DNA from: Thermoproteota archaeon
GTDB taxonomy: Archaea; Asgardarchaeota; Jordiarchaeia; Jordiarchaeales; Freyrarchaeaceae
Length of the DNA stretch: 24,000 bases
Direction of reading: 5' to 3'
Assembly (NCBI GenBank): GCA_029258835.1
Contig: JAPDJY010000048.1
Location: forward strand, 33,195 to 57,194
The translations under genes and the position numbers were made by a program. The first letter of the stretch is position 1, and each line of letters opens with the position of its first letter. The notes beneath the pieces are model-generated. The model saw only the letters and a list, made by a program, of their open reading frames with translations. It made no database searches and had not been told where the DNA came from. Of this stretch, positions 17,260 to 24,000 are shown piece after piece.

Positions 17260-18714
17260 ATGTCAAAGAAGGAGGAAGCCCCTCTCCCAGACAAGTATGA
17301 TAACTTTAATGAATGGTACAATGAGATCCTACAGAAAGCCGAGCTTATAGACCTAAGATACGGCGTTAAGGGATTCATAGTTTACAGGCCGAACTCCATG
17401 ACCATAATAAGGCAGATCTACCGCCTTTTTGAGAATGAATTAGACAAGTGCGGGCATTCCCCTTGCCTTTTCCCCGTAGTGATTCCCCTTGAATTTTTCG
17501 AGAAGGAGGCACAGCACATTAAGGGCTTCCTCGAAGAAGTTTTCTGGGTAACCAAGGCAGGCGAGCACGAACTCAATAAGCCCCTAGTGTTGCGTCCCAC
17601 GTCGGAGACAGCTATGTATCCTTTATACTCCCTCTGGATTCGCTCCTATAGAGACCTCCCCCTCAAATTATACCAGTCCAATGCCGTTTACAGGTATGAA
17701 ACCAAGGCCACTAAACCCTTGCTTAGGGGGAGAGAGTTCCTATGGATTGAAGCTCATTGTGCCCACCGAACGAAGGAAGACGCCGAACGCCAAGTTTTAG
17801 AGGACATGGAAATCATGAGCAGAGTCCTCCACGACATCTTAGGAATCCCTTTTCTGTTATTAGAGAGGCCTCCATGGGACAGGTTTGCAGGGGCCAATAG
17901 AACATACGCTTTCGACGTCTTATTCCCAGATAACTCCATACTTCAAATAGCAACCACACATATTCTAGGTGAAAACTTCTCTAAGGCCTTCGAGATAATG
18001 TTTAAAGATGAGGATGGAAAGCTCAAATATGTTCAGCAAACATGTTTTGGGATAGGTATTTCAAGGATCCTAGCTACCCTGATTAGCGTCCATGGCGACG
18101 AGTACGGAATGGTCCTCCCATTTGATATCGCCCCATTTCAGGTGGTAATAGTCCCCATTCTGTTTAAGGAAAGCGGTGGGCCTGTCATGGACAAATGTAA
18201 GGAAATACGTAAGCGTCTTTGTGAGAGAGGTTATAGAGTCATACTTGACGATTCCGATGATCGTCCAGGTGCAAAATTTTACAAGTGGGAGCTCTTAGGG
18301 GTGCCTGTCAGGGTAGAGGTGGGGCCAAGAGACCTTGAAAAAGGGGTTGTCACCCTTTTTAGGCGTGATACACGTGAAAGGCTTATCGTTGAGGATGGAA
18401 TGCTTGAAGGAAAGATCGAAGAGCTACGATCCGACATTTTAAGGGTTTTGAGGAGGCGAGGTGAAGCACGGTTAAAGAAGTGTCTGAAGGAGGTTAAGAA
18501 TAGAAGCGAGCTTCTAGAGGTTGCGAGGAAACGAGAGGGGATAATAAGAATGGCATTTTGTGGAAGAGAGGAATGCGCTGACGAAATAAAAGCTGAAACT
18601 GGGGGTTTCGAGGTAAGAGGCATAAAGGTTGGCGAGGAAGCAGGGGAACTGGGTGTTTGTGCCGCTTGTGGGAGGTCTGCAACCCAGATTGTCTATGTAG
18701 CTAAACCTTACTAA
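17260..18714 (+). CDS. proS: Prolyl-tRNA synthetase, archaeal/eukaryotic type
   Basis: It contains FNEWYNEILQKAELIDLRYGVKG, LRPTSETAMYPLY and YRYETKATKPLLRGREFLWIEAH (class II motifs). A C-terminal Zn domain ends in the conserved ..AKPY. ATG 17260 lies 6 nt after GAGGTG. The ORF opens at 17212. Confidence 0.95.
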   Translation: MSKKEEAPLPDKYDNFNEWYNEILQKAELIDLRYGVKGFIVYRPNSMTIIRQIYRLFENELDKCGHSPCLFPVVIPLEFFEKEAQHIKGFLEEVFWVTKAGEHELNKPLVLRPTSETAMYPLYSLWIRSYRDLPLKLYQSNAVYRYETKATKPLLRGREFLWIEAHCAHRTKEDAERQVLEDMEIMSRVLHDILGIPFLLLERPPWDRFAGANRTYAFDVLFPDNSILQIATTHILGENFSKAFEIMFKDEDGKLKYVQQTCFGIGISRILATLISVHGDEYGMVLPFDIAPFQVVIVPILFKESGGPVMDKCKEIRKRLCERGYRVILDDSDDRPGAKFYKWELLGVPVRVEVGPRDLEKGVVTLFRRDTRERLIVEDGMLEGKIEELRSDILRVLRRRGEARLKKCLKEVKNRSELLEVARKREGIIRMAFCGREECADEIKAETGGFEVRGIKVGEEAGELGVCAACGRSATQIVYVAKPY

Positions 18715-18816
18715 TTGGCATGCAAAATCTTTTTCTTGGTCTTCCTCACTCTTTTAAGAGAAAATGCTTATTTCCTATTTGTAGGAGGCTTAATCGTCCT
18801 TGTTGGAGGGTGAACG

Positions 18817-20146
18817 TTGCTTTTCTTCGCAGATTTACACATCCACAGCAAGTATAGTAGAGCTACTAGTTCAAGCATGGACTTGCCGATCTTGTACTCA
18901 TTCGCCAAGGTAAAGGGGCTTAACCTACTCGGTACAGGAGACTTTTCTCATCCTAAATGGCTTAAAGAAGTTAAAGAGCAGCTGGAGCAGATAAACGATT
19001 CTGGCTTTTACGTATTAAAAGGAAAAGGAGACGTTTACTTCCTCTTAACGAACGAGGTCAGCACTAACTTCCAGTTCGAAAAGGAAACTAAAAAGATCCA
19101 CCATTTACTCATAGTTGAAAGCTTCGACGTGGTAGATCAGGTGAACGAGGCTATTAGCAAGTACGGGGATTTAAAGTCCGATGGAAGACCTGTGTTAAAC
19201 TGTACCCCCGCCGAACTCGTGGAAACCATTATGGAATTAGACCGTAACATACTGATCGTCCCAGCCCACATCTGGACGAGTTGGTTTGGCGCCCTTGGAG
19301 ACAAAGGTTTTAACAGCTTAGAGGAATGCTACGGGGATCAAGTGAAGCATATTCATGCCATTGAGACGGGGCTAAGCTCCGACCCGCCGATGAACTGGAG
19401 GCTGAGCAGACTTGACAAGTACGTCCTTATAAGCAACAGTGACGCCCATAGCCCTTGGTCTTGGAGGCTAGGCAGAGAAGCAAACGTTTTCCATCTTGAT
19501 ACCCTTTCATTCAGGGAACTCGTAAACGCAGTGAAGAGAAAAGATAGGCAGAAAATTCTTATGACTATTGAAGTCAGCCCGGAGTACGGAAACAATCCCC
19601 TTTAGAGGGGTAGCCGTAAAATACCACTATGACGGGCATAGAGGTGACCGACAAGGACATAACGGCATAGACGTGTGCATGCATCCTAGAGAAGCCATGA
19701 AGCACCATAACATTTGCCCTGTATGTGGGAAAAAGTTAACTATAGGAGTGCAGCATAGGGTAGAGGAACTGGCCGATAGGGAGGAGGGGTTTACCCCCAA
19801 AGATTTCATACCATTTAAGAGGCTGATCCCATTAGCTGAACTAATAGCCGTGGCAACCGGAACAGACAACCTCCACGCACGAGCGGTCAGGTTAGAGTAT
19901 GAACGCCTCATAAAGACGTTCGGGAACGAGTACAAGGTTCTTCTGGAAGCACCACAGCAAGAACTCGAAAAGGTAACACATCAGAGAATAGTGCAACTTA
20001 TACTTCTTAATAGAGATGGAAAAATAAAGATAAAACCCGGATTCGATGGTGTTTACGGAAAAATAATATTAGAAGACACCGTCAAGGACGAACCAGAAAA
20101 ACTTTCTTGGAAAACAGGTCAACAAAGTTTAGACAGTTATTTCTAA
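18817..20146 (+). pseudogene. endoQ: Endonuclease Q (PHP domain plus Zn ribbon) interrupted by a +1 frame change at 19591-19605; a pseudogene, a recoded gene or an assembly error
   Basis: The N-terminal part (18817-19605) has FADLHIHSKYSRA, VPAHIWTSWF and SNSDAHSP, then a TAG stop. The remainder (KYHYDGHR, ICPVCGKKLTIGVQHRVEELADR, PGFDGVYGKI) continues in the +1 frame to 20146. Confidence 0.75.
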
Positions 20147-20196
20147 GTTTTGCTAGGCTGGAGAGCTTCGTCATTAAACTACATTATCAAAACGCT

Positions 20197-21219
20197 CTAA
20201 CATACTCGTGGTATCGGCTCGCCATAGGGCTCTTCCACTATTCTCCGTCCACCTACTAGAGTTTCCATTATGACGTATCCTGGTCTCTCCTGCTTTACCT
20301 CCCCTATTATGCTTGCATCCCTCCCATACTTCGTTTCTTTCACCCTCTTAAGAACTTCCTCAGCCTTATCTGGTCTTACAGCTATGATAGCTTTTCCTTC
20401 ACAAGTGACCTCTAGGGGATCCAATCCAAGCATCTCTGATGCTGCGGCAACCTCCTCCCTAATAGGAATGTCCTCTTCTCTGATCCATATGCTAACGTTA
20501 CACTTCTTAGCCCATTCATTCAATGCTGAAGCCAGCCCGCCTCTTGTAGGGTCCTTCATTGCCGTTATCCCCCCAACGCTTAACGCTGCCTTAATCGTTT
20601 CATTTAAAGGCGCGACGTCCGACTTAAGCTTTGTTTCAAAGTTTAGCCCTTCTCGAGTGGCGAGGAGAGCTATTCCATGGTCTCCCACCGTCCCTGTCAC
20701 TATTATTTTGTCTCCAACTTGTAGTCCTCCGTCCTGCACCACTCCCCCCCTAACTACACCTATACCCGTCGTAGCAATAACCATTTTGTCGATGTGACCC
20801 TTAGGCATAACTTTTGTGTCTCCAGCTATCAACGCCACTTCAGCTTCTAAGCATGTTTCATTCATTGAGCGGATTATCCTTCTTAAGTCCTCTACTGGAA
20901 GTCCTTCCTCCAGTATCATCGCACAAGTGATGGCAAAAGGGTCAGCGCCCATCATTAAAAGATCGTTAACAGTACCTGCGACAGCTAACCTTCCTAGGTC
21001 ACCTCCCGGGAAGAACAAGGGGTCAACCGTATGTCCATCAGTAGTCACCACAACCTGTACATCGCCTATAGGTATTGATGCGCCATCATCAAGCTCGTCT
21101 AAGCCGATCCCTCCAGCAAACCTGCGTTTTTCGATGAGTGGCAGGATTACTTCCCTGAGAAGCCTTCCCATGGCTGTCCCACCGCCTCCATGGGATAACT
21201 CTATTACCTCCACTTTCAC
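20197..21219 (-). CDS. hypE: [NiFe]-hydrogenase maturation protein HypE
   Basis: It has an AIR-synthase-like fold with ELSHGGGG near the N-terminus and the diagnostic C-terminal ..GEPIPRVC. Confidence 0.95.
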   Translation of the reverse strand: MKVEVIELSHGGGGTAMGRLLREVILPLIEKRRFAGGIGLDELDDGASIPIGDVQVVVTTDGHTVDPLFFPGGDLGRLAVAGTVNDLLMMGADPFAITCAMILEEGLPVEDLRRIIRSMNETCLEAEVALIAGDTKVMPKGHIDKMVIATTGIGVVRGGVVQDGGLQVGDKIIVTGTVGDHGIALLATREGLNFETKLKSDVAPLNETIKAALSVGGITAMKDPTRGGLASALNEWAKKCNVSIWIREEDIPIREEVAAASEMLGLDPLEVTCEGKAIIAVRPDKAEEVLKRVKETKYGRDASIIGEVKQERPGYVIMETLVGGRRIVEEPYGEPIPRVC

Positions 21220-21362
21220 CCACCATTCTTCACCTTTCTACTCCACGGATCGTACGTTTCCTTAAAAACTTTAAAGCTAGAAAAAGCGTGTTTTATCGAT
21301 GGATTTATATTTCTTCCCAACCTTCTCTGAGTTCAAGGCTTACATTCCATGGAGGGTAAGCT

Positions 21363-21749
21363 GTGGGCGTATGGCATGGTAGGTCTAAACGTAAGCCTAG
21401 CGGTGGAAAACTTAGGGTTGCTAGGGGAAAACGGAAGTATGAAATGGGCCGTGAACCCGTTAAAACTACTATTGGAGAGGAAAGAAGAAAGGTAGTCCGG
21501 GTTAGAGGCGGAAACCTAAAGGTTAAACTAAGAGCCGCGATGTACGCTAATGTTACAGATCCGTCCTCAGGGAAAACAATGAAGGCAAAAATACTTGACG
21601 TGGAACGTAACCCTGCAAACGTTGACTATTCCCGCCGGAAAATAATAACTAAGGGCGCCATTATAGAAACCGAGCTAGGCCTCGCTAGGGTAACCAGTAG
21701 ACCCGGGCAGGACGGTGTCGTCAACGCCGTTCTGATAAGAAAGTCATGA
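21363..21749 (+). CDS. rps8e: 30S ribosomal protein S8e (eS8)
   Basis: [15 protein letters not shown]...[12 protein letters not shown]...[21 protein letters not shown]... is present. The GTG start is preceded by GGAGGGT. Confidence 0.95.
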   Translation: MGVWHGRSKRKPSGGKLRVARGKRKYEMGREPVKTTIGEERRKVVRVRGGNLKVKLRAAMYANVTDPSSGKTMKAKILDVERNPANVDYSRRKIITKGAIIETELGLARVTSRPGQDGVVNAVLIRKS

Positions 21750-21753
21750 AGAA

Positions 21754-22140
21754 TTATGCCTTTATTTGTATGTTTTTTATGTTACATTCCCGTCCACCTA
21801 TCACCTCGGTCATGTTGCTTCCGCATCTAGGACATTTTAGCGATAACGATAAAAGGGCGGACACGTGGGGGATATCTTCAATTCCTTCTTTTTTGGTTTC
21901 CCCTTCGTAACCGCACTCTAAGCATCGGATAACCCCTGCCTTAACCGTTATGTTAACCTTAGCACCTTCAATTATTGTTCCTTCAGATGCTACTTCTATG
22001 CCGTACTTTAAGTACTCTGGGTTTAGAAGCGTAAGTTCCCCTATTTCTAGGTTTATCTCTGTGACTTGGACTGCGTTGTTCTCCATAGCGACTTTGAGTA
22101 CGGTCTGTACAACTGATTGTGCGATGGAGAACTCGTGCAT
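21754..22140 (-). CDS. hypA: Hydrogenase nickel-incorporation protein HypA
   Basis: The N-terminal MHEFSIAQ nickel site is present, with CLECG...CPRCG zinc motifs. Confidence 0.9.
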   Translation of the reverse strand: MHEFSIAQSVVQTVLKVAMENNAVQVTEINLEIGELTLLNPEYLKYGIEVASEGTIIEGAKVNITVKAGVIRCLECGYEGETKKEGIEDIPHVSALLSLSLKCPRCGSNMTEVIGGRECNIKNIQIKA

Positions 22141-22211
22141 GATTGCTCCCTGTGAGGCTTTACGGCTAAAGGTTTAAAAGTTTTTTCTGAAACTAAAGGT
22201 AGGGGATAACG

Positions 22212-22517
22212 TTGAGAAGTAGGAACGTATTCATCATATATCCTGAATATTTTGATGCAAAATTGAGTAGACGTGAAGGGCGAAGGGTTCCATTAAGCTT
22301 GGCCGTTTCAAACCCTCGCGTTGAGGAGCTTGCCCTTGTAGCTCACAGGCTGGGTTGGAAGATAAACGTTGAACCTGATGCGGCTTACCCTAGATGTTGG
22401 TGGAATAGGAGAGGCAGAATTTTGGTTGAGAAAGATAATATGAAGAAAACTAAAGCTATTGTTACCTTAGCGAGGATCCTAAAGAAAGCACGTGAGGCGA
22501 AAGCCGCTAAAAGTTAA
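22212..22517 (+). CDS. srp19: Signal recognition particle protein SRP19
   Basis: IIYPEYFDAKLSRREGRRVP...NPRVEEL... is the typical SRP19 core. It uses a TTG start. Confidence 0.9.
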   Translation: MRSRNVFIIYPEYFDAKLSRREGRRVPLSLAVSNPRVEELALVAHRLGWKINVEPDAAYPRCWWNRRGRILVEKDNMKKTKAIVTLARILKKAREAKAAKS

Positions 22518-22540
22518 ATCAAGTTAAAGAGGTTTTCTAA

Positions 22541-22825
22541 GTGAAGCGATTGGGGAAAGTTCTCCACGTCTCCTCAACGGGAAACATTGTTTTACGTGCT
22601 GTGAGGGTGCCTGAAATAGGTACTAAAGTAGTAGATGAAAGAATGAAGGAGATAGGCGCCGTCTATGATATTATCGGTCCTGTCGGCAGTCCCTATGTCC
22701 TTGTGAAACCTGGCAAGGATATTAACCCGGAATTGCTCCATGGAAAGCCATTGTACGTTCTTAAACTGGATGAAAGAAAGCGTACTCGGAGGAGGAAAAA
22801 AGCCAAAAAACAATCTAAAACCTAA
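22541..22825 (+). CDS. gar1: H/ACA RNP component Gar1
   Basis: KRLGKVLHVSSTGNIVLRA...IGTKVVDERMKEIGAVYDIIGPVGSPYVLVKP is present, with a basic tail. Confidence 0.85.
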   Translation: MKRLGKVLHVSSTGNIVLRAVRVPEIGTKVVDERMKEIGAVYDIIGPVGSPYVLVKPGKDINPELLHGKPLYVLKLDERKRTRRRKKAKKQSKT

Positions 22826-22876
22826 AAATCGTCAAAGTATGTAACTCGTAATCCTTAACCTACATTTTTCAACTTA

Positions 22877-24000
22877 TCAGTCTTTCTCTAGGGCAAGCTC
22901 CCTCAACGTGTCCAGTATTATTCCGGATGAAGCGTTTGTTTTAATGGAGAACCTACTAAAATGTGTTCTGTAAACGGCGAATCCCTTCTCCATTAACCTG
23001 CGAATTACATTCTCTATTGGAGGACATGAAACGCCTGCAATAGAGCTTAACTTGTGCATGTTATAGTAGGTAGGAGGAGCATCAGCTTCCTCTAAAATCT
23101 GTCTCAAAACCTTAGAAGCCTCCCTGTTCCCTTCTTTTTCAGCTATTTTCGCTACGCGCCTTACAAACTCCTTGTTCTGTATTGGGCCGCACCATAATGG
23201 TCCTGCCACTTCAAGCCGTCTTCCACAGTTAGGACACTCTTCATGGGTGAATACTGTAGGGTAGCCTTGAACTAGCTTTCTAAATGAGCAGCTGAAGCAG
23301 TGAAGTAAGTATCCAATCATCCTCATTTTCTCATCGGCAGCCCTAGCCCCCAGCCTGCATTTAAAGTATATTCTAACGTAATGTTCTGCGTAATGTGAAA
23401 GAACAGGCTCTAATGCAAGATCGTACTTTGCAGCTATGGATAAAGAGTGGAACGTAAGGATCCTAACGGCGACCTCATGGCAGTACTCCACCCTCAATGG
23501 TTTACTTCCATACTTCCTTAAGCATGCCCGAGGGTGGGTGCCGCAGAGGGGTGCAAGATCCGTTGCCGTGATACACAAGAGTGCTCCTTTAGGATTTAAG
23601 GCGCGTATAGCCGAATCCGTAAACGGTGCTGGAGATCCAAATGGATCCAAGTCTATTAAGTCAAATCTTTCCCTTTTCGACGCGTACTTGGATAGGAGTG
23701 CATTCGCGTCTTCGCAGGAAACAGTGATGTTCCCTTTAACCTTGTTAAACTCAAGGTTTTTTCTAATTAATTCCACTGCTCTCGGATTTATGTCGTTTAT
23801 AACGATGCTTTTAACTCCCACGGTTTCCATTACGAATCTTATGGCTCTAACTCCGCAGCCAGCCATGGGGGTGCAAACCATTAAGCCTCTCTTTTTCTCA
23901 TCGGCATAGGCCTGAAGAGAATACACTGCAATGTCTCTGTTAAGCATCATTTTGGGATTATAGAAGACAGGAGTCCTACCTGGTATGTAGCTTCCTCTTT
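22877..24000 (-). CDS. trm1: tRNA (guanine26-N2)-dimethyltransferase Trm1, N-terminus runs off the window
   Basis: The frame stays open upstream of the listed ATG (..RTPVFYNPKMMLNRD..), which is the conserved Trm1 motif. Also present are the SAM-binding region MAGCGVRAIRF, DLDPFGSPAPF and a Cys cluster CFSC...CPNCG. Confidence 0.9.
   Translation of the reverse strand, partial: RGSYIPGRTPVFYNPKMMLNRDIAVYSLQAYADEKKRGLMVCTPMAGCGVRAIRFVMETVGVKSIVINDINPRAVELIRKNLEFNKVKGNITVSCEDANALLSKYASKRERFDLIDLDPFGSPAPFTDSAIRALNPKGALLCITATDLAPLCGTHPRACLRKYGSKPLRVEYCHEVAVRILTFHSLSIAAKYDLALEPVLSHYAEHYVRIYFKCRLGARAADEKMRMIGYLLHCFSCSFRKLVQGYPTVFTHEECPNCGRRLEVAGPLWCGPIQNKEFVRRVAKIAEKEGNREASKVLRQILEEADAPPTYYNMHKLSSIAGVSCPPIENVIRRLMEKGFAVYRTHFSRFSIKTNASSGIILDTLRELALEKD

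Noticed and set aside
19585-19618. A bulge-helix-bulge (BHB) archaeal mRNA intron as the explanation for the 28-nt EndoQ insert
   Set aside because: I tried to build the canonical 3-nt bulge / 4-bp helix / 3-nt bulge at the required splice points. The first intron nucleotides (AACA/ACAA/CAAT) cannot pair with the first exon-2 nucleotides (AAAT/AATA/ATAC). The TACGG/CCGTA helix also puts the 3' junction at a helix end rather than in a bulge. Only a highly relaxed motif would fit, so I list excision as a possibility but make no BHB claim.
19635-19675. An imperfect 12-nt direct repeat (GGCATAGAGGTG / GGCATAGACGTG, 29 nt apart) inside EndoQ, as a second insertion or target-site duplication
   Set aside because: Removing the 29-nt unit shifts the frame into an immediate stop, while KYHYDGHR and ICPVCGKK are already in the same frame. 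It is therefore not a simple disruptive insertion. It may be a local duplication within a variable loop (GDRQGHNGIDV), but I cannot show more.
20270-21265. Two long plus-strand ORFs (175 and 149 aa) opposite hypE
   Set aside because: They are antisense shadows of a high-confidence HypE gene, and their translations are Ser/Thr/Pro-rich with no motifs. The same reasoning applies to 23436-23909 opposite trm1, 16105-16380 opposite the PfkB gene, the ORFs opposite proS, and 1210-1428 (K/R-rich, off-frame inside cdc48).

Overview
This is an archaeal chromosomal segment. Markers include TFB, aSUI1, proteasome alpha, Gar1, SRP19, Trm1, TrmY, EndoQ, archaeal-type ProRS and the ribosomal proteins eS8, eS26 and eL40. 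eS26 suggests a TACK-type lineage, and the charged, Ile/Val/Glu/Lys-rich proteins suggest a thermophile. I count about 26 tightly packed protein genes, mostly housekeeping. I recognised no rRNA, tRNA, CRISPR array or transposase. All domain calls come from reading the translations by eye; no searches were run.

The stand-out region is 7951-13805. Two divergent ESCRT-III/Snf7-like genes bracket a 987-aa HerA/FtsK-type P-loop ATPase, which carries a long helical N-terminal extension and a SHOCT-like tail. These three genes converge on a 491-aa protein with three zinc ribbons, a helical region, a PH-like domain, a proline-rich linker and its own SHOCT-like tail. No CdvA-like or Vps4/CdvC-like (MIT plus single AAA+) gene lies in the window. 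Both ESCRT-III-like proteins nevertheless end in proline-rich MIM2-like motifs. I propose this as a candidate non-canonical ESCRT-III membrane-remodelling module driven by a HerA/FtsK-class ATPase.

Secondary observations:
- The EndoQ gene is split at a CUU-UAG site by a +1 frame change. Removing an exact 28-nt hairpin-containing insert restores the frame.
- A 50-aa eL40 gene is missing from the ORF track.
- Several long AT-rich spacers are unexplained.
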